A DNA stretch of 63,702 nt, filler included, from Reticulomyxa filosa (GCA_000512085.1; 23 parts of 23 records of this genome joined end to end with filler, not necessarily neighbours in it); one strand, 5' to 3'. Shown: positions 1 through 11,988, counted from the whole stretch's first letter. Translations and numbers: made by a program. The notes: generated by a model not told the origin, from the letters alone.

Positions 1-2
<2 letters not shown>

Positions 3-44
<42 letters not shown>

Positions 45-1425
45 GATGACAGTCCAAATGATCAAAGTGATTGGAATTATAATTGCAATTATCAATATCT
101 ACTCCAAATTAATTGCAAGGATGGACGAAGAGTGGAATGGATATTGGACACGAGTGCACATCGATTGGTGCAATGGCAGCAATTGCTGTGCAAGCAGTTG
201 AAGCGGTGTTCGATCACAGAGACGTTTGCATTTCAGCAATCGCAGACAATGACGATGAAAACAAAGACAGAAAAAGATAATGATTCTTGTTTGTCTTCAT
301 CAGTCTATGATGAAGGATGGCTGGTGTATAATCCCTGGGAAGAGTTTACTCGACAAAGAGTCCCTTGGTCCGACAGCACATGTCTGGGAATGGGAATGGA
401 CAAGAAAGAGACCAATGACAAAGATAAAGATAAAGAAAAAGAAAAAGATAAAGATAAAGATAAAAACAAGGATCAATGGTGGCGCATGATGGATGTGAAC
501 AAAGACTGGAGCTATTGTCCAACATATCCCTCTCACTTTGTAATGCCCGCACAAATGACCAGCAAAGACGTACAAGAAATCAAGCTGTTTCGTGCCAACG
601 GTCGCGTGCCCATTTTGGCGTATTACCATTTCCAAACCGACGCGTCGATCCTGCGATCATCGCAGCCGATGACCGGGGTGGGTCTTTCCATGGGTCTCTT
701 CTCCACGTTGGAGACGCGCAACAAGGCCGACGAGCGCTTGCTCCAACTGGCCAATGTCAAGTACATTGTGGACGCCAGATCCAAGTACTACGCATTTTTC
801 AACAAGGCCAAGGGCGGAGGTTACGAAAACGTGGACTTTTATCCCGGAACGCAGTTACTTTTTGCTGATATTCCCAATATTCATTACATTAAAGCGTCTT
901 TTGACAAAATTATTACCACGTTGCAGCACGCTATTTCTCTGCATAACATTTCTTTTCATGTTCCACATATTCGATTTTTAATTGGCAAATTCACTCCATT
1001 CCTTCTTCTTCTTCTTCTTCTTCTTCTTCTTCTTCTTCTTCTTCTTCTTCTTCTTTTGTTCGTCATCGTCATCATCATCATCGTCGTAGTAGTAGTAGTA
1101 GTAGTAGTAATAGTAATCATCATCTTCGTCCTCATCATTCCCATAGCCATCGTCGTCAACATACTGACTCTTCTTGCACTATTGATGCCACGCAAAGGTC
1201 GGTCAAAAAACCAACCACTCGTCCACCTCCGCGTCCTGATCGTCCTGATCGTCCTGATCGTCCTGCTCCGCATTCCCTCCACTCTCGCACGCTCTCGTCC
1301 TCGTCTCTACCAGCTCCCACGTCTTTGGACAATGTCCTGCGAAACAACCTTGCCAAAGCGAGGCTTTGGAGAGTGCGTCCAGAGCCAAAGAGAAGCAGTG
1401 TTTTGGCCCCCTCTAAACATCAAAG
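3..1425 (+). CDS. Myotubularin-family phosphoinositide phosphatase, internal fragment with a frame change near 940-990
   Basis: MTMR motifs: GWLVYNPWEEFTRQ, WRMMDVNKDWSYCPTYPSHFVMP, FRANGRVPIL, ILRSSQP, IVDARS, NKAKGGGYEN, IPNIHYIKASF; followed by a Ser/His-rich low-complexity region in a different frame. Confidence 0.9.
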
Positions 1426-1457
1426 GTTTTTTTGTGCATATATACATATATATATAT

Positions 1458-1557
1458 NNNNNNNNNNNNNNNNNNNNNNNNNNNNNNNNNNNNNNNNNNN
1501 NTTAATTAATTAANNNNNNNNNNNNNNNNNNNNNNNNNNNNNNNNNNNNNNNNNNNN
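1458..1557. other. Artificial contig linker N44-TTAATTAATTAA-N44 (first of 22; others start at 3444, 4732, 6705, 8947, 10119, 13307, 17551, 22640, 24683, 26500, 28146, 29761, 31191, 34157, 35948, 37283, 39164, 45652, 49167, 56615, 62253)
   Basis: Identical 100-nt spacer with a six-frame stop cassette recurs 22 times. Confidence 0.98.
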
Positions 1558-1768
1558 CAATCGATAATTGAAATTGAGCAAACGAATATTCGCATTGTCG
1601 CGATATCGCATTTGACTATAATTGAACTGGACTTATGGAGAAAATTAAAAAAAATTATCGATATCATCCACAAGCTTCGAGGACAATATCGGTACCAAGT
1701 CGTCGTGCCAGCGTTTGAGGAATGTGTTTGTTAAATTTTTTATTTTTATTTTTTAATAACTTAATTGA

Positions 1769-2296
1769 GCCAAGGTCGCCCAACGGTAGGGTACTACAAA
1801 AAATGCCGTATTTGTTTGCTTTTTTTATTTATTTTTTTTTTAATTTTTTTTTTGTCCGGGGGTGAAGGGTTGGTGATTGAAGGGTTGGTGAAGGGTAGGT
1901 GGGGGATAACTTTAATCAGATGGTGCCACTTCATGTAACTATTGGGATGAGTGGTAACTTCATGAAAATGTAGTTAGCGCTACTACTTCATGAAAGTGTG
2001 CTTATTTCGATAAGTGGTAACTTCATGAAATGTAGATTAGCAGCTACTACTTCATGCAAGTGTACTTATCCTGATGAACTCATGTGGCTGCACCAAATGG
2101 TTACGTCATGTAAATGTGGCTATAGCAGCTACAACATGACCATGTGGGGCCACCTCAAGTAACTTGGCAAGTGCAACCTCATGTGATCGCCATAACGTGC
2201 AACATCATGTAACTGCACTTGTCACACCTCTTGTAACTGCTTCACGCAAATATTTACGGCATTAGTGGGATCAGGGTTCGAATCCCTGCCTTGGCA
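1769..2296 (+). ncRNA. tRNA-like cloverleaf with the anticodon loop replaced by a ~465-nt insert
   Basis: Acceptor GCCAAGG (1769-1775)/CCTTGGC (2289-2295)+A; D-arm GCCC-AACGGTA-GGGT; T-arm CAGGG-TTCGAAT-CCCTG; A-box TCGCCCAACGG and B-box GGTTCGAATCC; insert ends pair (ACTA..ATGCCGTA / TACGGCAT-TAGT). Confidence 0.7.
1925..2240 (+). repeat. Array of ~12 ACTTCATG-like motifs spaced 21-35 nt, several spacers forming hairpins
   Basis: ACTTCATG at 1928, 1957, 1985, 2020, 2049; variants at 2078, 2103, 2131, 2152, 2176, 2202, 2226; ~63-nt higher-order duplication 1950-2012 vs 2013-2076. Confidence 0.85.
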
Positions 2297-2761
2297 TTGA
2301 TCTATTTTATATTTATTTGTAAAAAAACATTTTGTTTCACATTTGTAACATAATTTAAATTTTTAAATTTGTTTGATGTTGATGATAATGTTACAATAGA
2401 AGATCATTATACGAATAAGCATACCAGCACAATACTTCATACAATACAGGACCAATAATCAAGATATTTTGATTTGAGCATGGCACTTGTACTTGATACA
2501 AAACAGATCGTCACTGGATCGAATCAAAGCATGCGCTGATAGCATTACCAGTTCATATCCAAGTCATTGACAATAGTTTGAGCGTATGGAAGTGGGATTA
2601 CAACAAGTGGCTTCATTGTAGCAACCAATTGCATTCAGTTTAATTTCTAAATTTATAATGGAATATATGCCACTGCATTATAATTCTCCAAATCGATCAC
2701 ACAATTCGATTCGTTGGCCCAAGCGTTCATTTGGTCAGTGCTGATATGTGTACATATAAGT

Positions 2762-3380
2762 TCATCCATTCGATTCGTTGTACTGCACAAAACCGTATGT
2801 AATCATTTCTATGATAGCATAGAAGCTTGCGGTCTTTTCACTGAATCGTTTGTTCCAGCGTAACACAATGAACAAATCACCTACCAACACGGCTTCTATG
2901 AGGAAATAAATGTTGAGTTTGTCTTGATATGTGACGTACATTTTACAGCAAAAATCGTTGTCCAATTCGTCAAACACATCACGTTCATTTTGAACATGAT
3001 CTTCTTGTCCAGTCTCAATCACTTTGTTCTTTCGAACTTTCTTTAGCGAATACGTTTTCTTCGTGTATGGGTCTCGCACCAAATTTACCCGTCCAAAACT
3101 GCCGACGCCCAATATAACAATGTTTTCAAATTCATCCAACTTACATTGCACTTGGCTCAAAAAGGGCTTTTTTGGAGGGGGGCGGATTGGTTACTGTACC
3201 CATGTTGCCAGTGCTATCATTCAAATTTTCTTTGTCCACGTCATTGTCGTTGTCTTCCTCGTTGTTATTGTTATTATCATTCGAATTACCATTGGTGTTG
3301 TCACCATTATTATCATTATCGTCCTTGTTATTATTGTTATTGTTATTGCTATTGCTATTGCTATTACCAGTTCCATTCAC
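2762..3380 (-). pseudogene. cGMP/cAMP-dependent (AGC) protein kinase N-lobe fragment, truncated
   Basis: LGVGSFGRVNLV, YSLKKVRK, HVQNER, YQDKLNIYFLIEAVLVGDLF, FSEKTASFYA; stops before the HRD motif; Asn/Asp-rich upstream segment in a different frame. Confidence 0.75.
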
Positions 3381-4159
3381 AATGGGCGAAGTGCCATCTT
3401 ACAAAGTCGAGCTTCTGTTGCAACGCCAAGGGAATGCCACTCANNNNNNNNNNNNNNNNNNNNNNNNNNNNNNNNNNNNNNNNNNNNTTAATTAATTAAN
3501 NNNNNNNNNNNNNNNNNNNNNNNNNNNNNNNNNNNNNNNNNNNATAAATCTTCCAACGTGAGAATCTAAACAATTTTAAGTAATTCTTGATTGCAATTAA
3601 TTAACCTCTTTTGCTATTGGCTCACAATTTGTGTTATAAAAATTTTGCTTTAGATTTTAATATTATTTTTCTGTTTGGCAGACGGAAAATCGAAAAAATA
3701 AAAATTAAAGTGATTGTCTTTATGTTTTGTGCTAATTTTTAGTTTGAATAAAAAATATATTGATGTCACAATTTTATACTATTTCAAAAATAAAGACATT
3801 TTATAATCGAGCAAGTATTTTGTGCATTGAAAAATTCATTTTATCTTTTTTAGCTAAAACAGTGTTTTTCACCTATTTTTTGACAAGTTATTTGCGAATG
3901 CAATTGTCTTCTGTTTCACAAATGGCTAAATTTTTGAAATGTAGTGGAGTGTGTATTGCATTGGCACAAGAATAGAAATTTTAAATTTGTTTTGCGGTTG
4001 CGCTTTTTGGAAAAAAAAGCATTGAGATCAAAAGCAACAAAGAATTTTTTAAAAAAAGGTGTTGCTATTTGCCTTGCTAAAAAGGATAGAATTTGCTTGA
4101 ATAAATGAAATAAATACAATTTGTTATGGTGATTATTGTTTAATGGCAATAACGAACAT

Positions 4160-4710
4160 TTATGGCATGTGTTCCAAGGCATTAACAATAGCTTGGGTAG
4201 TTTCCAGAGGTTTTTCGATGTGAAGCATGTGTGTAGCACCGTCAATCATTTGAATAGAAGCATTTGGAAAGTATTTGCGAATGGAAGCCATGTGTTTTTC
4301 ATTGTTGGTATTACAATAATCGCTATTACTGGCGCCAATGAAAGCGCATTTGCCACTATACGTTTCTTTGTAATCAAATGCCTGAATATGTTCCAAATGG
4401 TTAAAAATCGCATCGTTATTAATACTCCACTTCCAATGTTTTCCTCCAATCTTTTTGTCAATATCCGGAACAAAATTATTCACCAAAAATCCCATTTCCA
4501 AATTGCTAAGTTCCGGCAATTTAGGCCGAAGCAATTCCACCACTTCCTCTCGTTTTGTAAAGCCATGTGTAGGCACACTTTTGAAACACGTTATCATTTT
4601 TCGATACAAATGTAGTCTTTTGTCACCATAGTTTATTGGACACACATCCAATGAGATAAATCCACCCATTAAGTGGTTATACTTTAATGCTCCAACCATG
4701 GATACACGAC
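4160..4710 (-). CDS. Alpha/beta hydrolase (ABHD11/YbfF-like), 3' exon
   Basis: ISLDVCPINY, FIGASNSDY, KYFPNASIQMIDGATHMLHIEKP (catalytic His region). Confidence 0.85.
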
Positions 4711-4863
4711 CTTTGCATTTTTTTTTTTTTTNNNNNNNNNNNNNNNNNNNNNNNNNNNNNNNNNNNNNNNNNNNNTTAATTAATTAANNNNNNNNNNNNN
4801 NNNNNNNNNNNNNNNNNNNNNNNNNNNNNNNGGTATAGCAATCACCTCCACCTTGTTGTAATG

Positions 4864-6269
4864 TTATTGTTGAAGTATTTGATTAACTACGCACTGCTTG
4901 TCATGGAAAATGAATTGCACTTCGGCCGACGGCGCGACGTATACTGGACACTTTTTGGACGCTGTCGTGCCTGTTTGGGAGATGTCACGACCACAACCCG
5001 TGCAAAGGTAACGGGAGTCACCCCGGCCGATTTCTTCAATGGTCAAATTCCCTTCGAACTTCCACTCAAACCCTTCCAGCCATTGCTTTACGTTCGTATC
5101 GATCACCTTGCAACTGAGGAGGTCATTCTCGCCGTAAGGATTTTCCGTCAACTCCCGAGCGGTTTCCATTGGCACCTTGTTCGTCAAGTCAATCCATTGA
5201 AAAAGGAGGGAGCGATCGAAGGAGGGAGACAGTGATTGAGACAAAGAGAGGGAATGAAATGGGATAGAAATAAAATAAAATAAATTTTTTTTTTTTTTTG
5301 GGGGGGGGGAACTCATTAGTGTGCGTTCGCTTCTGCAAAAAGGGGGGTACAAAAAAAAAAAATATATATATATATATGTATATATACACATGGTACATAT
5401 GCAAACTAAACCAATTCGAATTTGACATGGGCAAAAGACCTCGGAATATAAATCATGGGATGATGGTCGATGGCATGCCTAGATTTGATGATTTCGACGG
5501 TAATGTCTTTTAAGATGTCACAAAACAAAGCAAGAGTGTCGTTATTGGTTTGCGAAGACGAGCCGAGCTGTTCCGTTTGCATATACTTTGGTTTGTCGTT
5601 TCCGTCTTTGCCATCGGTATATTTGGACTCTGAAAAGATGACATTGTAGAATTGATCTAACATGCTCGCTGTCCCATCGTCCTGTGTCTCTGCGCTCGTT
5701 TGTGTGCTTGTCTTCAATACGCCAATCACCCCTTCGGTAGTGAGTCCCGATATGCGTGAGACTTGTTGTTCCAACTCTTCATTCCATTCGTAGCTATCAT
5801 ACCAATACTTGTGTGACTTATGATGACGGGGATAAGAATGAGGTGGATTTGACTTTGACGATGTCGAGGCCTCATTTGTGATTGGTGGCTGCTCTATACT
5901 TTGTTTTACTTCTGTTTCGTCCTCTTTCTTTTCTGGCACTTCTGAAACTGGCGTCCCCGATTGCATCGCTTTGTGCTGCTCTTTTTTTAAGGATACCACT
6001 CCTTGCTTGCCGTAGTTTATCAACTCTGTTATAAATCGGTCTATTATCTCATCCCATTGGGGAAATTTCTCCAAATTGCGAACAAAATAACGCTCGATTT
6101 TTTGATGGCGAATTTTGGCTGATACCGCCGCCATGTGTAATGTTTTCTTGTCTCGCACTAGTTTTGTGCCTGCGATACCACTACCATCACCGATCGGATT
6201 TGGAGCATTCAACAACAGATGTAGTTGAGGTTGTGAAGAATTTACCAATTCTGTTTGATCGTTACTCAT
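4864..6269 (-). CDS. Hypothetical two-exon protein with a C-terminal CxxC-containing segment
   Basis: 287-aa ORF from ATG 6269; AT/homopolymer intron ~5205-5410; second coding block 4864-5200 (LCTGCGRD...KCP). Confidence 0.6.
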
Positions 6270-7819
6270 TTTTTTTGCTAATCTTTTGAATATTATTCAA
6301 ATCCACACCCCCTTTGAAAGAGTGTCTTTTTCGACTTCGGACAAACGGTTTGATGAAGTACCGTATCAATACTGACATAATTTTTGTAAATTAATTTTTA
6401 TTTGTATTATTTTTAAAAGTATTAAGGATTGACTTTATGCCTGATTCAACAAAAAAATTCTTTTTTATTACTAGCAATTAGCGAACCAAACAGTGAAAAA
6501 AAACAATACCAAAATGACTGTACAAATTCACACCACATGCGAAAGGTAAGCACCAAGTGGATGTCTGTGTGTTATTTCAAAAGGCTAAAATCTAGCAACT
6601 AAACAAAACAATTATAATTTATTAAGTAATCAAACGAAGCAATTCCAGCAAAACTTAAATAATTAAAATATGATAATTGATAAATCAACCAAAAAAGTTA
6701 TACANNNNNNNNNNNNNNNNNNNNNNNNNNNNNNNNNNNNNNNNNNNNTTAATTAATTAANNNNNNNNNNNNNNNNNNNNNNNNNNNNNNNNNNNNNNNN
6801 NNNNAAATCTTTTGGACAATTCCGGAAATGATTACATGTATATCCGCAGGAGCTGCATTAAAATGTAATGATAAAATATATGATCTTGGATATGTCGGAT
6901 CACTCTTTGGTTTTTTGTACACGATACGTGTGAAGATATCAAGTGAATTGTTGCATAGTGATCATGCATTGATTTAATGACAATGTCACTGCTTTCAATA
7001 TGTGCGTTCAATCCAACTTCTAATAATTGGTCCACTTTTGAGCCAATATCGACATCTGGGACATATCATTTCGCTTTTGATTTTGTATTATCTAGTCCAA
7101 TTTTCTGTTCGCATTGTTCGCGATTAATATTATTCTTCTTCATTCTCGTTTTCGTTGCTGTTTGTTGTTGAGCTATTTGCCATTGATATTGCCTTTTGTC
7201 ATTGTCGTCACTTGCTGCGGTTGAGTTTCTATAATGTGATACGTATGCTTCAAATTTGTTTTTTTAAACAAACATAAACAAAATGGTATACACTTAACTT
7301 TGTTGTTATCATCGCTCGAGATAACAATTATTTTTCAAATATAAAAAAATTAAAAAATTAATACTTCAGTTATAATTTTTTTTCTTTCTTATCCTTTTTT
7401 TTACACTTTTATTTATTATTATTTCTTTTATTTCTTATTTTCTTATTCTTTTTTTCCTTAAAATATTCTTTGCTTTTTTCTTATCCCTTTTTCTTATTCT
7501 TTCTTTTTTTTTATTATACTACCTTTTATTTTTATTACTACATTTTTTTTCTTATTTATTATTATTATTTTTTTTTTACTACTTTTTTTTCTATCCTCCC
7601 CCCTTACCAATCAATTTATTTTTCCCCAAATACCCTTTAAAGAGAATGAACATATGCATAAAGTTTGTTGTACCTGACCATTTATGCAAACACAAAATAT
7701 ATTCAAGCTGATCACAATACAATCTCAAATTTCGTTTTTCCTATGAAAAAACACTACAAATACTTTTGTTTTTTATTTGATTGAGTGTGTAAAAAATAAA
7801 TATATAAATATACAAATAT

Positions 7820-8905
7820 AGATTTTCCATTTGAGGGGGAATTCCTATTTCATCACAAGTACAAACACATTTTATACAAATTGATATATACATATATAAA
7901 TAAAGACATATACAAACCTTTTTTTGTTTTTTCAAAAACGGGGTAGACTTCAACCCCTGACCATTATTTTTTTTTTTGTGTTGAGGGGGGGTAACATAGT
8001 GTTAATCTTGGCGGGACGGGGGAACCTGTATTATAAAACATTCAACATTTGAACATTAAAAAAAAAAGGTAAATAGAACAAACCTGTTTTTTCTCCTTGC
8101 AGAGACGGGGTTGGTTTCTACCCCTATTTTTCTTTTTTTTTTTCATTACAATTTGTGGTCCTATTGTAAATAAACACACAAACAATAGTTACAAACTGAA
8201 TATAAATGAAAACAAAATACATACCTTCGTTGGTGTTTTGCAATTGCAATATATCTCTCGCATTGCAAACCACATCATTAAGTGGTGATATTGTTGTCAT
8301 TCTTGAAATCCTCCAATTCCAACAACAACTTGCTCCATACTGTTTGCCATCTCCGAACTCAATGATTATTTTCTATACACAAGAAACAAACAAAAAGATA
8401 ACGTGTATTATTCAACAGCAACAAAAAAAAACAAAAATAACTTGTTACAATCCATGATATCGTCGACGTTTGATTGATATCCAATCTGATGTAATATCCA
8501 ATCCATTGTTACCTTCGAACGATTTGCGCTGTTGGATGCAAGTGCTTATATGTGAGTTGGAGCAATGTGCGGAGAAGATAATTTTGCAATGCGAGTTTGT
8601 CCGTGAGCGCAATCTTGCGTTGAGGCTAAGTGCCATATGAAATCACACATTTGTGGATATGGCGCTAATTTGCATAAACGATGATGGGCACCACGACCAA
8701 CTTGTTTGTTGGATGCGTTGTCGCCCAATATCCTCATTTGCGCTAATAGCGCTTCTATCACACCAAAGATGTGTTTGGGCCATGGAGAGAAAACGATTGA
8801 CTTGCCGTCACATTTTGTGACAGCAATTGCAATTGGTTGGACAATGCTTTCAATCTGGTCGTCTTTCCATTTTCCATTCATCAAGGCACAACATAGTCTC
8901 AAAAT
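7820..8905 (-). pseudogene. Decayed multi-exon gene of an unknown multicopy family (paralog of 10230-11420)
   Basis: Colinear similarity with 10230-11100 (EALLAQM..DNASNKQVGRGAHH vs EALFAQM..HNVSDKQVDRDAHH); shared short exons and GT-AG introns; stops. Confidence 0.55.
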
Positions 8906-9479
8906 CTAATTTTGTTTGTTTGTTTGATTGCTTATTCTTAAATGAANNNNNNNNNNNNNNNNNNNNNNNNNNNNNNNNNNNNNNNNNNNNTTAATTAATT
9001 AANNNNNNNNNNNNNNNNNNNNNNNNNNNNNNNNNNNNNNNNNNNNAACAACATTTGTTTGATAATTTGGAGCTCGGAAGCCTTCGGCTTCGCGTTCCAC
9101 TGGCGGATGCCTTCGGCCTCCGCATTTTGAATGTTACAAACTTTCTTTTCCGCCATTTTGCCATGGGAGATGTATTTGGACATTCGTCCCTAAGACTTAG
9201 GCTTTGTTTCCCTACTCTTGGCTTGAGTTCGCCAATGATGATAAGGATATATTTTTTTTTTTTTTTTTTTATCGTGATAAAAATTTTTTTTACAGTAGTT
9301 GGATTTTTGTGATATTGTCAGTATTGTGTTGTTTTCACCTTTTTTACCCTTTTGGCAACGTTTTGTTGCAATTCATTTTCGGGTACAGTCGTCGGTTCAG
9401 CATCTTTGTGGTGTTTGACTGTGAGAGGTGGAAGTGACTTTAAAACTAACCGCGTATATTGTCCTCGGTTGTTTTAAGT

Positions 9480-9720
9480 GTACCGTATCGATCCTAGCTT
9501 AGCTTTAAGAGTGTTCGACGCCTTCGGGAAATTGGCAATCTCGAGACAAATACCAGTCTTTTGTTTTTGGCAGAACTCCGATGGTCGGGTAACTTCTACT
9601 GAGCTTGTGAAGGCGATCCTGACGGCTCTACTGCAAGCCAAAAAAAAAAAAAAAAAAAAAACTGCAAGCCATGATGGGACAAAATACCCCACATGGAATT
9701 GGATCAAGCATCCGATCTAA
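9480..9720 (+). mobile_element. Possible degenerate RNase H-like (retroelement) fragment
   Basis: STELVKAILTAL resembles AELxAIxxAL and WNWIKH resembles WVKGH of RNase H1; no clear catalytic DGS motif. Confidence 0.25.
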
Positions 9721-10229
9721 TGGTAACTTCGAGCATGTCTGACAATAGTGAAACATTAAATGCCAGTATGCATGGTGGCAATGGAGTTGGAAATGGAGTT
9801 AATTATGGTATTAATATGCCAGATTCCAGGAATAAACACCGAATGCTATGGACATTGACACGAATGGCATAAGCAGCCAGATAGTGGTTTGACGGATGAT
9901 AATACGAAAAAAGCAAAGTATCAATCGTCGACACTTCAAGTTGCAGTACAGGTCTCAAGTATGCAACAAAATGAAGAAAAGAAACATTTGAAAACGTGTG
10001 GAAGAAGAATATGCAAACCCGACGACAATTCATGTGTTTAAATACCCCAACGATTGTCGTCACTCCAAAGAACTTCGATCAGCGACATCAGTGATTAAGT
10101 TCCTTGGATTAAAGAATANNNNNNNNNNNNNNNNNNNNNNNNNNNNNNNNNNNNNNNNNNNNTTAATTAATTAANNNNNNNNNNNNNNNNNNNNNNNNNN
10201 NNNNNNNNNNNNNNNNNNTTTTTTTTTTT

Positions 10230-11430
10230 GTGGAGATGGGGCCAATCTTTGTCAGTGGGGGAACCTATAATACAGGCACACAATATTTAAATATTCCCAA
10301 AAAAAAGATATAACAAACCAAACCTGGTATTCTCCTTTCGGAGACGGTGATTGTATCTACCCCATATCTTTTTTTTCCTAATCACAATGTGAAGCTATAT
10401 TTTAAACAAATATACAATATATATCTTAGGCTGACAAAACAAGAATAAAGATTTACCTTCTATGCCACCCAGTCTTGCAATACAATAATCACAGCGTGCC
10501 ATTTATTCTATGCTTCAATCCAATTCACAACAATTTGGCCACATTGTTCTACGTATTGCTATATACAATCAACGACAAAAAAAGTTTGATACTATTGCAA
10601 CAATATTAAAAAAAACAAAGTTAACTTTGCAATGCCATGTGATACGCCGACGTTTGCACGATATTTGGATGATTATTTGCAATGTTAGAATAGTGATTGT
10701 AATATTTGGAGGATTAAGTGGCAATGGCTGGAAGATATTGTCAATTATTGGAGGAGTAGTGGCAATGTGTTTTGCTTTGCATGCAGAGATTGCGTTAATT
10801 GTAAAGTGTAATTAATGGTCACGCCTTTGTAGAATGGGCTCTTCTTTGCACAAAGATGATGAGCATCACGATCGACTTGTTTGTCAGATACGTTATGCTC
10901 CACTCATCACATTTGCGCAAATAGCGCTTCATCGTTTCAAAGGCATTGGCCTAATAATTGGGCGCTGACGACTGACTTTCAATTACAATTTGTGCCAGCA
11001 ATTGCAGCCAGTCAAGCAATGTGTCAAAGTCATCGTCGTTGGCCACGTACACTTATCAATAATCGCATACTCGCATCAAGTTTTTCCATCGCTATTGTTT
11101 GATCTATCCAATTTTTGTTTGTTTGTTTTTAAAAAAAAAGAATAAAACAAAATTAACATTGCAGAATCGCCGGCGAAGTTGTGGGTGTTGATGATAATAT
11201 TTTTGATTTGACGTCCAACTTTGTATAAATTTGAAATGGAATATTATTTGCACTGGACATTGAGACGTCTGGAAAGTAAGTTTGCAATTGGTGTTGATCT
11301 TTAAGTTCTGTGTTCGAGCTGACTCTGTGGATAGACTCGCACATGATGTCTTCAATCCTATGATCAATTTTGATTGTTGACTCAACACATACTCACCATT
11401 TGACGGCAGTGCTACTTCAACTTCGCCAGC
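10230..11430 (-). pseudogene. Decayed paralog of 7820-8905
   Basis: Same exon/intron layout; multiple in-frame stops. Confidence 0.55.
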
Positions 11431-11553
11431 TGCCAATACAATTCTAGTTTTGTTTTTTTAAATTTTTTTAAAATCAAATCAATCACATATTCAATACATT
11501 CTACACACCCTCTTTTTTATTATTGACATTTTTTTTATGGACAAATTTTTTTT

Positions 11554-11988
11554 TTATGGATATATTTTTTTTTTGGATCTTTGTGGTATTACTTTGAATG
11601 TGAATTTGAAAAAAGTCGAAGATGTACCAGAAATTGATTTGAACATATCCGTAGCCGTTTTGATATATGAATTATTATTACAAAACTTTGGATTGATCAA
11701 CAATGTGCTAGGGGGAAAACGTACACTTTCGTTTTCTAATACCATCGACCACCCATTGAAAATTTTCACACATGACAAGATTGTCAAATTGTAACTTGGC
11801 AGACATTGTATCCGTAAGTATTTGATATAGTAGCTGATTAATATATTCAATGATGTTGCAAATGTGCAAATATTGTTGTAGTGGCTTGAGTACGTTTGTC
11901 CGTTCGTCACGTGTTTGCTTGGCTTGAATGCATTTGCAATCGATACAACTAATACGTGTATTGCCGCCAACATTAACGAGAATTTCAT
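11554..11988 (-). CDS. Putative small secreted protein
   Basis: 144-aa ORF with signal-peptide-like N-terminus MKFSLMLAAIHVLVVSIANA. Confidence 0.35.
   Translation of the reverse strand: MKFSLMLAAIHVLVVSIANAFKPSKHVTNGQTYSSHYNNICTFATSLNILISYYIKYLRIQCLPSYNLTILSCVKIFNGWSMVLENESVRFPPSTLLINPKFCNNNSYIKTATDMFKSISGTSSTFFKFTFKVIPQRSKKKIYP

Noticed and set aside
990-1190. Long hydrophobic transmembrane protein (also ORFs 3024-3499 and 55786-56482)
   Set aside because: Shadow frames of trinucleotide/hexanucleotide low-complexity coding repeats
1925-2240. CRISPR array
   Set aside because: Repeat only ~8-10 nt, spacers related to each other, eukaryotic context, no cas genes
1769-2296. tmRNA or standard intron-containing tRNA
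   Set aside because: No G3:U70 alanine identity or tag ORF; D-stem present; no canonical anticodon loop recoverable at the 37/38 splice position
7830-8130. Repeated GGGG..CCCC hairpin motif (also 10250-10365) as structured RNA
   Set aside because: Better explained as short minus-strand exons bounded by AG|GTTT donors and acceptors in paralogous pseudogenes
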